Assembly: GCA_003209425.1 (NCBI GenBank)
Contig: QCRB01000001.1
Span: 44,026-108,025 of the forward strand
Reading direction: 5' to 3'
Source of the DNA: Prochlorococcus sp. AG-459-E08
GTDB taxonomy: Bacteria; Cyanobacteriota; Cyanobacteriia; PCC-6307; Cyanobiaceae
Length of the DNA: 64,000 nt
Shown here: positions 28,803 through 39,534 of the stretch, piece after piece
Layout of the letters: each line of letters opens with the position of its first letter
Position numbering within the stretch: the first letter of the stretch is position 1
Notes under the pieces: generated by a model
The model's database searches: none
The model's input: the letters and a program-made list of their open reading frames with translations, nothing else
Told to the model about the DNA's origin: nothing
Made by a program: the position numbers and the translations under genes

Positions 28803-29984
28803 TTATCCATTAATTACCTTTACAATTTCTTTAATTGATTCTGAACTTAATTCTGGATAATTACCTAAATACATTCCATAGAAGTGAATATGGTCTGTCA
28901 CTGGTGCAATTTTATTTATATCTTGCTCGGTAAAATTAAAACATTCTCTAACATAAGGCTGCCTCATCTGATTGCCTCCTCCCGCACTACCCCTTCTAAA
29001 TTCAATCTCATTTTTCTCAAGACGATTTTGCAAATCCTTCATTAAGTATTCATCTTTTTCTTTTAGGATTAGATTAAAGGCGTAATTACTTTGCCCTTCA
29101 AGATCAAATCCCTTATAACACCAATCAGGAAGCAACTCTAAAAATAATTTAAAATTTTCAGACCTTTTTTTGACCATCCAATCTAATCTTTTCAATTGCT
29201 CTAGACCGATAGTAGCTCCTATCTCATTATTCCTTAAATTAAATGCAGGTCTAGTAAAAATAAACTTTTCATTTAAATCCTTATACTTATCAATCCAAAT
29301 TTTCTTTCTTAAGGGATTAGCCATTTCTCTAACCATTCCATGACTCCTCAGCATTCTTAAAACCTCATATTTTTCTTCATCATCTGTACAAACCATACCC
29401 CCTTCAATAGTGCTCATATGATGTGCATAATAAAAAGAGAAACAAGATAAGTCACCTATTGAACCTGCCTTTTTATTATTTTCCGATACTACGCCATGAG
29501 ATTCGCAAACATCTTCAATTAGAAAAATATCATTTTTATTAATATATTCAATTAATTTTTTATTTAAGCCATTGATGCCTTGTGCATGAGTTAGAAAGAT
29601 AGCCTTAATATTTTTATTTTTTTCAAACTCTTTAATAACTAGTTCAGTATTCAAGCTTAATGAAGATAAATTAATGTCTACAAATATAGGATTAAAGCCC
29701 ATCCACATTATTGAACTTATATCTGAACTCCAAGTGAATGGAGGGACAATAACATCACCCCCCTCAGGAAATTTTTCTTTTAATAAAGCTAAACACAATA
29801 AGTTCGCTGAAGAACCACTATTTACAAAAACACTATATTTTACGCCTAACCAATTAGACCAAGATTCTTCGAATTCTTTTACCTTAGGACCTGAAGTTAA
29901 AACTGGATCTTTTGTTTTTAACAATTCAATCACAGGTAATAAATCCTCTTCTAATAAATTATTTTTCATTAAAGGGTATTTCAT
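28803..29984 (-). CDS. PLP-dependent GDP-4-keto-6-deoxy-sugar 3-dehydratase (ColD-type)
   Basis: VNSGSSANL and EDVCESHG; SFYYAHHMSTIEGG has His in place of the aminotransferase Lys. Confidence 0.85.
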   Translation of the reverse strand: MKYPLMKNNLLEEDLLPVIELLKTKDPVLTSGPKVKEFEESWSNWLGVKYSVFVNSGSSANLLCLALLKEKFPEGGDVIVPPFTWSSDISSIMWMGFNPIFVDINLSSLSLNTELVIKEFEKNKNIKAIFLTHAQGINGLNKKLIEYINKNDIFLIEDVCESHGVVSENNKKAGSIGDLSCFSFYYAHHMSTIEGGMVCTDDEEKYEVLRMLRSHGMVREMANPLRKKIWIDKYKDLNEKFIFTRPAFNLRNNEIGATIGLEQLKRLDWMVKKRSENFKLFLELLPDWCYKGFDLEGQSNYAFNLILKEKDEYLMKDLQNRLEKNEIEFRRGSAGGGNQMRQPYVRECFNFTEQDINKIAPVTDHIHFYGMYLGNYPELSSESIKEIVKVING

Positions 29985-30159
29985 AGAAATTTACTTACTT
30001 TGACCGTTAAATCTTTGATTTATTAGAGCACTTTTTGATAATCAATAATTATTATAGCGCTGAAAATTGTTGAAATTAGTTTTTTGCTTTATCTCCATAC
30101 TTTTTATCTTTTTATTTGGTAATTTTTTTAAGATTCTAAAGAGTTCATAGATTAGCAAA

Positions 30160-31149
30160 TTATCTTTCAGATAATATTATTTGACTTCCTGAAGAACTTA
30201 TTTTGACTTTGACCCATGTTTTAACATTTATTCTTTCTTTAATTGCTTGATGTCTTGATTCTGGAGCCCAACATATAAAAAAACCTCCGCCTCCTGCTCC
30301 CATTATTCGAGTACATAATGAACCGGCTTTTTCAGATTCTTCAATAATTTCCATTAACTGGGGGTTTTGTATATCGTTATTAATAGATAATTTAATATCT
30401 CTACATAGTCTAGTAAGTCGTGCATTCTCTTCTAAATCAGCTTCTTTTGAAAACGCCTCAATTCCTTTTTGAGAAATTTCTTGCAATTCTTTTAATTTTT
30501 CACATTTTTCTGAATACTTTAAATAATTATCAACTTTTTTAGATGCATGATGTGAATATCTCTGAATACCAGTAAAGCCCATCAAAAGTGAAGACTCAAT
30601 ATAATTTTGGTAATCTTTTCTAACTTCAAATCTTCTTGGTTTTACACCTTCTTTGTTAGCAGTAATATGAACAAATCCTCCAAAAGCGGAAGCACATTGG
30701 TCTTGAATACCTATAGTTTCCCCCGTCTTATTCTGCTCTATATCAATTGCCAGTCTTGCTAATTCGGCTTCCCCTAATTTCTCTTCTTTAGTCAAAGCAT
30801 ATATGGAAGAAATTAAACCTACAGTAAAAGCGGAAGAGCTTCCTATGCCGCTTCTTGATGGTAAATCGCTGCAGTAGGTGATTTCCAAACTTTTGCCACA
30901 GCCGAATTCCCTTATTACTTCTCTGGCTGTTGGATGCTTAATATTATTTATTTCACTAACTTCTTCAATTCTAGAGTATGCAATTCTATACTTATGAGAG
31001 AAAAATGGTGGCAATTCCCTTACTGCCTGATAACAGTAATAATCTAGTCCAGCACATAAGACTTCAATATTTCTTTTCTCAAACCAAGATGGATAATCAA
31101 GCCCTCCGCCATAAAGGGATAATCTATAAGGTGTTCTACTAATCAACAT
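30160..31149 (-). CDS. hddA: D-glycero-alpha-D-manno-heptose-7-phosphate kinase (GHMP)
   Basis: SRTPYRLSLYGGG, LPSRSGIGSSSAF, GIQDQ and GAGGGGF. Confidence 0.88.
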   Translation of the reverse strand: MLISRTPYRLSLYGGGLDYPSWFEKRNIEVLCAGLDYYCYQAVRELPPFFSHKYRIAYSRIEEVSEINNIKHPTAREVIREFGCGKSLEITYCSDLPSRSGIGSSSAFTVGLISSIYALTKEEKLGEAELARLAIDIEQNKTGETIGIQDQCASAFGGFVHITANKEGVKPRRFEVRKDYQNYIESSLLMGFTGIQRYSHHASKKVDNYLKYSEKCEKLKELQEISQKGIEAFSKEADLEENARLTRLCRDIKLSINNDIQNPQLMEIIEESEKAGSLCTRIMGAGGGGFFICWAPESRHQAIKERINVKTWVKVKISSSGSQIILSER

Positions 31150-31245
31150 ATTTATCTAATATAACTTTTAATCTAAATCTTATTGTCATTGTAAAATGAC
31201 CTTAATTATAAATCTTGAAAAAAATAAAATTCTTATTAATAATCA

Positions 31246-32166
31246 TTAATTAATGTTTGAAAGAAATTTCTGCTCAAACTCATTTACAACTTTATTTAAT
31301 CCATCTTTTAACTTGGTTTTAAATCTCTTAGGTAACTTCGAATCTATTTTCGTATTATCTAAAACTTTCGATAAAGCTCCAACGTATTTGGATTCGTCAA
31401 ACTGTACATTAGAAATATTTACCCCAGTAATATTTGCAAGTATTTGAGCAAATTCCTTAATTGAGTAATCTTCTCCTGCACCAATATTAAAAATATCATT
31501 ATTTTCTGATTTATCTAACTCAATAAGATTATTAATAAAATCTTCTATAAAAACCAATTCTCTTCTTTGATTACCATCGCCCCACAAAACTATTGGACGC
31601 TTAAAGTATTTAAATTCAAGAAATTTTCTAATTAAATCAAATATAAAATGCATTTGTTTACCTTTAGTTCCATATTCAAGTCCATAAAGAGTGGAAGGGA
31701 CCACTGTTAGGTAGTTCAATCCAAATTGCCTAGAAAGCGCAACCTTGCCAATTTGAAGCATTCTTTTACACATCGCATAAGTATAAAGGCTATCTATAGG
31801 TTTTCCTTCAAGATAATTATCCTCAAGCAAAGGAAGTTGAGGATCATATGAACAACTTGTTCCAATAGAAATCAACTTTGCCTGCGGTTGTTTTATTGAC
31901 CACCATGACAAGAGATTAGAATTAATTTTTTGATTAATGATCCATTGCTCACCTGGATGATAAAGACAAAAATCTCCTGCTTGAGTCCAAGCAGCAAGAT
32001 GAAATATCTGATCAAATTCAATTTGATTATAAATCTCAAGAGAGAGAGGGTTGCGCAAGTCACAAATATCGCTATTTGATCTAGTTAAGTCGTATCCCAA
32101 AGCTTCCAAATGCTTACATAATGATTTCCCTAAAAAACCAGAAGAACCTGTTACAAGTACTTTCAC
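31246..32166 (-). CDS. Fcl-like GDP-sugar epimerase/reductase
   Basis: TGSSGFLG, GTSCSY, YAMCK and WGDGNQRRE. Confidence 0.82.
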   Translation of the reverse strand: MKVLVTGSSGFLGKSLCKHLEALGYDLTRSNSDICDLRNPLSLEIYNQIEFDQIFHLAAWTQAGDFCLYHPGEQWIINQKINSNLLSWWSIKQPQAKLISIGTSCSYDPQLPLLEDNYLEGKPIDSLYTYAMCKRMLQIGKVALSRQFGLNYLTVVPSTLYGLEYGTKGKQMHFIFDLIRKFLEFKYFKRPIVLWGDGNQRRELVFIEDFINNLIELDKSENNDIFNIGAGEDYSIKEFAQILANITGVNISNVQFDESKYVGALSKVLDNTKIDSKLPKRFKTKLKDGLNKVVNEFEQKFLSNIN

Positions 32167-33380
32167 TATAAAACTTTTGGATAAGGAATTGGTACAATAA
32201 CTTTCGTTCCATTATTCAGAATAGGTTTGATCTTTGATAAAATTTCAGCTTTAAAGTTCCAAGATAATAGTAGAAAATAATCTGGAGGCGCAACATCATC
32301 TTGATGAAAAACGGGTATTGAAGTTCCAGGATAATATGTTCCACACTTATGAGGGTTTATCTCCACACCGCAGTCAATCTCACTAGTGGTTAAATTACAA
32401 TAGTTAATTAGGGTACTTCCTTTTACTGGTGCTCCTAAAGCAATTATTGTTTTCCCTTGGCTTCTGATATCAGACAAAATATTTTTTAAAATTTCCCTAT
32501 TATCTTTTACCTTTTTTGCAAAATCTAAATATATATCAATCGAATTAAATCTTTTTTCTTCTTCATATTTCAATAATTCGTTGAGTTGTTTTGATTTTTC
32601 AAATTTACCCTTATGTCTAACAAAAGCTATACAACTGCCTCCATGAATGGGTTTGCGAATCGCATCAACTATTTCTAAATCATACATATCAAGAAGATTT
32701 TGAAAAGTTGAAAGAGAGTAATACAATAAATGCTCATGATAGATCTGATCATAAGCAACATTTTCTATCATGTCCGGCAAATAAATAAATTCAGCTATTA
32801 ATAAGCCATTTTTAGGATCTAGTAATTTTCTTATTCCTGAAAAAACACTATGAAGTTCTTCAAGATGGAAAAAAATACCTGAACCATGAATTACAGATGC
32901 ATATCCATAATCAGAAAGAATTTGATCTGCCAATTCTTGATTAAAAAAGTTATTTAGGCAAGGAATACCTTTTTCTTTACACTTTTCTGCTTGCAATAAT
33001 CCCGAATCAACATTAAGGACTGATTGGCCCATTTCTTTAAAGTGCTCCAAGAAAGTTCCATCGTTACCTCCTATATCTAATATGTAGTTATTTTTTTCTA
33101 AATTAATTTGAGTTAAAGCATAATTTGTTACTTCTAAAAAGTGTTTTCTTAAAGAGCTTGTTGTACCAGATAAATAGGTATGTTTAACAAACATTTCTTC
33201 CTTAGGTATTGCATAATCAAGCTGTAACATCTTGCAATTACAGCAAAAAAAAAGTTTTAAAGGATAATTTTTAGCTTTCTCTTCACTTTTTATTGAAATA
33301 AAATTATTTCCCCAAGGTTGGTCACCCAGGTCAATTACTAAATCAAGTTTTTCAGATCCACAGCATCTGCATTTCATCAC
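32166..33380 (-). CDS. NDP-hexose C-methyltransferase (TylC3/NovU-like)
   Basis: N-terminal Zn motif CRCC...CCNC, LDLGDQP-like segment, DIGGNDG, YDQIYHEH, IHGGS, GAPVKG and LLLSWNF. Confidence 0.9.
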   Translation of the reverse strand: MMKCRCCGSEKLDLVIDLGDQPWGNNFISIKSEEKAKNYPLKLFFCCNCKMLQLDYAIPKEEMFVKHTYLSGTTSSLRKHFLEVTNYALTQINLEKNNYILDIGGNDGTFLEHFKEMGQSVLNVDSGLLQAEKCKEKGIPCLNNFFNQELADQILSDYGYASVIHGSGIFFHLEELHSVFSGIRKLLDPKNGLLIAEFIYLPDMIENVAYDQIYHEHLLYYSLSTFQNLLDMYDLEIVDAIRKPIHGGSCIAFVRHKGKFEKSKQLNELLKYEEEKRFNSIDIYLDFAKKVKDNREILKNILSDIRSQGKTIIALGAPVKGSTLINYCNLTTSEIDCGVEINPHKCGTYYPGTSIPVFHQDDVAPPDYFLLLSWNFKAEILSKIKPILNNGTKVIVPIPYPKVL

Positions 33381-35269
33381 ATTTTTAATAATTTTAGATC
33401 AAGTACCCAACCACAAGACAACATTCTATCATGATCCTTTATTTGATTTAGTATGTGGTATCTATAACTTGTAACCTCGCTCTCGTTAACATAGTATTTA
33501 CTACTGCCAAGTGTTTTAAATTTAGCGATGGCATATTTCTCAATAGAATTATTATCAAGTAAAGTATTCAAACTTGGATCATCGCGAAAATTACCATTTA
33601 TTATTGCCTCAGATTCCGTTTCCATTGAAACTGACTTTGATGAAGTAGGAGGAACAACAAATATTGATTCTTCAGGACATTCATTCATCTTTTTAACAAA
33701 ATTAACTTTGAATTCTGATTCAAATCCATATATTAATGCTTTTACAAAGCAATTATTATAAGCACTATCGTAAGTATAGAAATTTTTCAGATTATTTTTT
33801 AATAAAAAATTTCGTAACAATGCCGCTCCCATTCTGCAAGGTAAAAGATCATTTTTATACTCTTTAATGAGTCTTATTAATTGAATAAAAGCTAAAAAAG
33901 TTAAAAGAAATGGAGTAGCTTTACTATAAGTAATTTCAAAATATTTAAACCCTAAAATAATGCTTATTAAAAAACCAGTTAAACTAGATAAATATGATTT
34001 GCCAACCTGCAATCCGTTCGTTATTTCTACTATAAGAGTTGGCATTATTCCAATTAAAAAAATAATGCAGATATTTAATAAGCTAACTTTTCCAATGAAG
34101 TAGCAATAGATCATTGAGACTAATGTCAAGAAAAATAATGATAATTCGACGGGCATTACACTCCAAAAAAAAGGAGCGATCCACTTTAAACCGGCCCCTC
34201 TAAAATTTCTAGGCAATTTTCTACCAAAGACTTTCTTATGATCAGGATAAGCTTGAAAATGAGAGGCCCATGAACCGATGTCTAAAAATCCCATAAAACG
34301 CTTAAGATTTTTAATAGGATTAGGCATAAGGACAAGAAAAAAACCAATGAAAATCCCAAAAGAAAAAATAAATTGTGTCTCTAAATAAGATTCAAATTGA
34401 TTGATAGTAAAAGCAGGGAAAATAATAATTAAAGAGAATATGACTATTGGAGATAAAAAATTAAATACTAAAAATGTTTTTTTCTCAATTTCTAAAGGAT
34501 TAATATTTTTTATTTTATAAATTAAATATTTCTTTATAGATTTGTAAGTTTTTATCAAAAAGATTTTTGCGAAAATTAATGTAATTGCAGTAAATAATAA
34601 TGATAATATGATAGATTTCTCTGAAGAATCAGAAAAGATATTGATACAAATGAAAAGCTGGCTAAATATTAATATGGGTGGGAATTTCCTCGATGCACTT
34701 GAGGAGTGGAAGCATATTGAAGATAAAAGGCCCGCAAAAAAAATAAAAAATAAAAATAAAAAGTTATTATACTGATTGATATAAGCAAGCAGAAGTAGAC
34801 CTAGTGAGCATAAAAACCAAAATTGTGCATAGATTATATGTCCAAGATATAAAGCCACTTCAGTACACCAAGTAGAAAATAAATATATTGTTGATATTAA
34901 GAATGCATAATAAACTGGTACAAAATAACTTGAAATAAAATAAATAAGAATAGTAGAAAGACAATGTGAAATAATGGATGAAGTTATATTTACGTGTTCT
35001 GTAATTCTATTTTCTTTTGGGAATATTTTTTGAATAATAGCTATAAAAAAAACCCAGAATTCTCGTAGTTCTGCTCTACCTTTACCATTATTTAAATTAT
35101 GAATGGAACCTGGCCAACGTATTAAACCCTCCTTTCCTAACTGGCGCGCTAATACTAACATTTTTTCATTATCAGTATTCATTTTAGGAGAGAAAAAAGT
35201 AACTCCACGAGTATCTATAAAAACTTTAGTTAAATAAAAAAATAATAAAAGGATTAAAATTAAAAACAT
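33377..35269 (-). CDS. Large polytopic membrane protein, possible GT-C glycosyltransferase
   Basis: 630 aa with many TM segments, an N-terminal acidic loop and a soluble C-terminal domain; 4-bp overlap with the methyltransferase. Confidence 0.45.
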   Translation of the reverse strand: MFLILILLLFFYLTKVFIDTRGVTFFSPKMNTDNEKMLVLARQLGKEGLIRWPGSIHNLNNGKGRAELREFWVFFIAIIQKIFPKENRITEHVNITSSIISHCLSTILIYFISSYFVPVYYAFLISTIYLFSTWCTEVALYLGHIIYAQFWFLCSLGLLLLAYINQYNNFLFLFFIFFAGLLSSICFHSSSASRKFPPILIFSQLFICINIFSDSSEKSIILSLLFTAITLIFAKIFLIKTYKSIKKYLIYKIKNINPLEIEKKTFLVFNFLSPIVIFSLIIIFPAFTINQFESYLETQFIFSFGIFIGFFLVLMPNPIKNLKRFMGFLDIGSWASHFQAYPDHKKVFGRKLPRNFRGAGLKWIAPFFWSVMPVELSLFFLTLVSMIYCYFIGKVSLLNICIIFLIGIMPTLIVEITNGLQVGKSYLSSLTGFLISIILGFKYFEITYSKATPFLLTFLAFIQLIRLIKEYKNDLLPCRMGAALLRNFLLKNNLKNFYTYDSAYNNCFVKALIYGFESEFKVNFVKKMNECPEESIFVVPPTSSKSVSMETESEAIINGNFRDDPSLNTLLDNNSIEKYAIAKFKTLGSSKYYVNESEVTSYRYHILNQIKDHDRMLSCGWVLDLKLLKM

Positions 35270-35540
35270 ACAATAAGAGTTATTAAAGAGATGGGAATAA
35301 TTTTATAATGTAAAAGAAGTTAATTATAGATCCATCTAAAATGATTAATTTATAAAATCAATAATAATTATAGAACAATAAGACCTATAGAAAAATATTT
35401 TTAAATATTAAAAATTAACAATAAGTGGATTTGCATTATCCTAAAAGCCTTGCTTAATTTATCAATAATTACTTTTAAAAAATTAATAATTATTAAAAAG
35501 TAATTATTTAAGATATGATATAAAGGATTTAAAAAAAATA

Positions 35541-36539
35541 TTGAAAGAAAACGAAATAAGTATCTTAATACCTACTTTATCAAGGCAGGATATTCTCCTT
35601 AAAACTCTAAACTTTTATTACAATAGAAAGGTAAAGTTTATATTTAATATTTGTGATTCAACAACAGAGACAAGCAAGTTATTTCTTGATAGGATTAAAT
35701 ATTTATCAAAAGTTTTAAATATAAATTATTTTCATAAAATAAATTTTACAGATAGACAAGCAATTTTTTTTTTAATGGAAAAAACTGAAACAAATTTTGC
35801 TACTTTTAGCGGAGATGATGATTTTTTTATTCCATTAAGTTTGATAAAATGTGCAGATTTTCTTAAAAGAAATCCTGATTTTAGAGTCACTTATGGAAAA
35901 TCCATAATGGTTGATCATAAATCGCTTTATAATAAAAAAAACAGAATTAGTGCCTCAAGTTATTGGGGCAGTATTTCTTTTGATGAGAATAATTTAATAG
36001 ATCGATTGAATAAATTATCCCATAACTATTTAGTAAATATATTCGGTGTTCATAGATCAAAAGAACTTTTAGAGGACTATAAAATCTCAAGTACTTTACC
36101 CTCAAGATCATTAGCTGAAGTTCTTCAAAATTATCTTACGATTGTAAGAGGTAAAGCTAAATTTTTAAATATTCCTTATCTTATAAGACAAGTACATCCA
36201 TCAAGATATTTAATGCCTAAAAATTTATCAATTTCTTTGGTAGAAGATAATATGGCTGAAGCAATTCCCATTTTTATTAATTCTTTATCAGAAGCCCTTT
36301 TTAAGGAAGGAATAAAAAAAATAGATGCTGAAGTACTTTCTAGAGACTATACAAAAAGATACCTATCAACATGTGAAAATGTTCAAATTCTAAATTCTAA
36401 AAATAATTTATTTTTTGTTGATATTTTTAATAAATTATTTTTTAGAATATTTTATATGTTTAAAAACAGATTTTTTAGAAATTCAAAATACTATAGAGAT
36501 TTCTTAAATTATTTAAGAATTATTGCCTCGGAAAATTAA
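35541..36539 (+). CDS. GT2-like glycosyltransferase (TIGR00180-like)
   Basis: SILIPTLSR, ICDST, FSGDDDFF and FGVHR. Confidence 0.8.
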   Translation: MKENEISILIPTLSRQDILLKTLNFYYNRKVKFIFNICDSTTETSKLFLDRIKYLSKVLNINYFHKINFTDRQAIFFLMEKTETNFATFSGDDDFFIPLSLIKCADFLKRNPDFRVTYGKSIMVDHKSLYNKKNRISASSYWGSISFDENNLIDRLNKLSHNYLVNIFGVHRSKELLEDYKISSTLPSRSLAEVLQNYLTIVRGKAKFLNIPYLIRQVHPSRYLMPKNLSISLVEDNMAEAIPIFINSLSEALFKEGIKKIDAEVLSRDYTKRYLSTCENVQILNSKNNLFFVDIFNKLFFRIFYMFKNRFFRNSKYYRDFLNYLRIIASEN

Positions 36540-36584
36540 TAATCTCTTTTTTAAAAGTATAACTTATTTTAGTGGGGGTAAACC

Positions 36585-37291
36585 TTGTTTATAATTACAG
36601 GAATAGATTCTGGTCTTGGTAAGTATTTACATAAAAATCTTCCGGGATCTATAGGTATTAATAGAAAAAATGCTGATTCTTTTATTAAAGAAGAATTTCT
36701 AAATGCAACAATATTACATTGCGCATTTAACTCAAAAAGAGATATAAAAAATCAAAGTATATATAGAAGATAATTATTTATTTACTAAAAAACTCTTAAA
36801 TATTAAAGGAATTAAAACACTTATATATTTTTCTTCCATTGATATATGGTCCAATTACTCCCTATAGCTTTATGAAAAAGTGTGCAGAAAATCTAATAAT
36901 TAATCATCAATTACCTTCAACAATTATAAGAATATCTGCCCCGCTCGGTCCCACAATGAGAGAAAATTCACTAACTAAATTGATTTCCAACCAAAAATTA
37001 AGCTTACACAAAGAATCTAATTTTAACTATATTTTACAAAAAGATATATTAAATTCTTTTAATTCTTTTCTTAAATTAAGTGGTGTATTTGATTTTTACT
37101 CTACACAAAATATTACACTTAATGAGGTTGCAGAGAAGTTTAATTTAAAGGGAAAATATGGAGATTTTATCTACAAAACTTACATGGAAGATACAAATAA
37201 AATTAGAAATTTATATCCATTTGATAAAACATCTTTACAAAATATAGAAATATTTTTAAAAGATAAGGTACCTATTTGTAATAAATTATAA
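36585..37291 (+). pseudogene. Doubly frameshifted NAD-dependent epimerase/reductase
   Basis: Three consecutive frames join into one SDR: ITGIDSGLG...LHCAF / YIEDNYLFTKKLL...IYFSSID / IYG...YSFMK. Breaks lie at about 36760 and 36845. Confidence 0.78.
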
Positions 37292-37432
37292 ACTTAAAAA
37301 TTTTTTACTCTTCAAAAATCAATAGCAAAGAAAAGATTTTACTTAATAAGATTTACCTTTAAAATAATTATTTTTTTTACAGTTATCTTAATTTAATAAA
37401 TAATTTTATGATTTATATTTTATATTTTAATA

Positions 37433-38446
37433 TTGATATCCTTGTCAAAAAAAATATTAGTAAAAAATCGGATCTACAAAATGAGTAAATTATTTTTAAA
37501 AGACTATATAATTGCTGGAGGATTAATAGATTTCAATAATGAGAATATAAAGCTTAGAGAAACACAAATAAGGGATGGTTTATTTATTCATACTTGTAAT
37601 GACTATGATAAATCTCTGGAAGTTATAAAAGAAGCATCTTCTAATTTCAAAAATCAAGTAAAAATAATTTCTAAAATATACTACAACTACCCTGACATGA
37701 AACATCGAAGATTCAGGTCACTATTTTCACAGATCAAAGAACAAAGAAGAAGATTAGGTTTTGACCCTTTAGAATGGGATCTTCAACTTTGTTGTTATTG
37801 CTCAATAAACAATTTAATAAGTGAAAATGCACAAAAATTCTTTAAGAAAATTAACTTTGAATTTGGAATTAATAAGATATTTTTAGAAATTTATCCTATT
37901 TATAATTTCAACACAGATAAAATTAAATTATTAAATAATTTTTATGAAGAGAAAATAATATTTGGGGTAACAGGTTACCAAAATTATCTAAACAGGAGTT
38001 TTAGAGAGTACGATTTACTGGAATTTTCTAAAAATTCTACCAATGTTATTTTTATTGGAATTCTTGGTAAAGGGATTCAAAATAAAAGCTTTCCTAGGTC
38101 TTTTAATGCAGATTTCTTAAACAAAAATATAATTTATTTTTTAAATAATATTAACATTAATAAATTTTGTAGAGCACTAACTAATTTTTCTACTTTACAA
38201 CAATATGAGAATTTCAATAAAGTTTTTTTTGATCTACAAGAGGATATAAAAAGATATGAGTTAGGAAAATCCTTACATTCAGAATATAAGGAGAAAATTT
38301 TTTATTTTAAGAATTTTGACCAATATGGTGGTATATATTCTACTAAACAATATTTACTTAAACCAAAACTTATTTTACATAAAATTAAAAATCTGATTTA
38401 CAAATTTATCAAATTCAGGAAAATCTCAAATAACTTCTTTGGATAA
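37433..38446 (+). CDS. Hypothetical protein
   Basis: 337-aa ORF (probable ATG at 37481); no motif confidently recognised. Confidence 0.5.
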   Translation: MISLSKKILVKNRIYKMSKLFLKDYIIAGGLIDFNNENIKLRETQIRDGLFIHTCNDYDKSLEVIKEASSNFKNQVKIISKIYYNYPDMKHRRFRSLFSQIKEQRRRLGFDPLEWDLQLCCYCSINNLISENAQKFFKKINFEFGINKIFLEIYPIYNFNTDKIKLLNNFYEEKIIFGVTGYQNYLNRSFREYDLLEFSKNSTNVIFIGILGKGIQNKSFPRSFNADFLNKNIIYFLNNININKFCRALTNFSTLQQYENFNKVFFDLQEDIKRYELGKSLHSEYKEKIFYFKNFDQYGGIYSTKQYLLKPKLILHKIKNLIYKFIKFRKISNNFFG

Positions 38447-38511
38447 ACTACATTTTTAAAGAAAGAATATCCAATTTTTAATAGAGTTAGTTTACTGTAT
38501 GATAAATATTA

Positions 38512-39534
38512 ATGAATATTATAAAAAGATTATTAATGGATAATAATTTCATTGATTCAAGAATATCTCAAGAGAATAAACTTCAATTCAAGAAAAAAGG
38601 CTGGACTTTAATTGATCTTAAATTGCCAAAAGAAACTTTAAATAATGCAATTAGTGGATTAAAGATAATGAAACATGTTTCAATAAGAGACGACTTTAAA
38701 CCTAGAAGAATATATTATGACCATTTATTTACAAATAACCTAGCGGCAATCGAGCTTCCCTTTAATCAAAAGATTTGTAATGAAAAAATAAAAGATTTTT
38801 TTATAGAAGCTAAGATTGGATCTTTAGTCAGAGCCTTGATGAATTGGGATAATCCATGTTGTGACTTGGCAAGACTATTTTGCATGAATAATTTTAAATA
38901 TAGGGGCAATTGGCATAGAGATTATGAAAGTAACTTAAGAAATATTCAATTAAGTTCTACTAAAAGAGATTGTATATTGGTTGGGATATATTTATTACCT
39001 CAAAAAGGATTTCGTATTTTAAAGAAAGAATTTGAATATAATGGAAAAAATTCTATAGTACCAAATAAAAGTATTGATAAGGCAATTAGGTCATTCCCTT
39101 TTCCTCTTTCACCAAAAGATAGTTCTTATGATGTAGTGAATGGAAAAATAGGGACTGCATTATTATTCGATCCATTTTTACTGCATCAAGGTTCTAACTA
39201 TAATGAAAGACTTGATTTTCATATGAAATTTTTTAATAACAAAAATTCAACCATAAATAAAAACAAATTTCAGGATTTCTCTGTTACTGACATTTTACAT
39301 GAAAAATACGAGCTAAGGTTTAATGGCAATTCTTTTAATGATAGAAAATTAGAAAATATTCCTCTTCACAAACGATCAACTATATTCCAAAGATTAACCA
39401 ACACAATTGACTATCGTACTTGTATTAGAAGAGTAATTAAATTAAAAAATTTAAAATCTGATAAATATCATAATTATTTAAAAAAATATGGCTGGGAAAT
39501 AGATAATTTTTCAAATACAATTTTTCAGAAATGA
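38512..39534 (+). CDS. PhyH-like Fe(II)/2-oxoglutarate dioxygenase
   Basis: HxD motif in WHRD, distal His in LLHQG followed by Arg (NERL). Confidence 0.7.
   Translation: MNIIKRLLMDNNFIDSRISQENKLQFKKKGWTLIDLKLPKETLNNAISGLKIMKHVSIRDDFKPRRIYYDHLFTNNLAAIELPFNQKICNEKIKDFFIEAKIGSLVRALMNWDNPCCDLARLFCMNNFKYRGNWHRDYESNLRNIQLSSTKRDCILVGIYLLPQKGFRILKKEFEYNGKNSIVPNKSIDKAIRSFPFPLSPKDSSYDVVNGKIGTALLFDPFLLHQGSNYNERLDFHMKFFNNKNSTINKNKFQDFSVTDILHEKYELRFNGNSFNDRKLENIPLHKRSTIFQRLTNTIDYRTCIRRVIKLKNLKSDKYHNYLKKYGWEIDNFSNTIFQK

Noticed and set aside
35464-35508. 13-bp inverted repeat AATAATTACTTTT...AAAAGTAATTATT in a divergent intergenic region
   Set aside because: It could be an operator, but it is almost all A/T in a very AT-rich spacer, so chance cannot be excluded.
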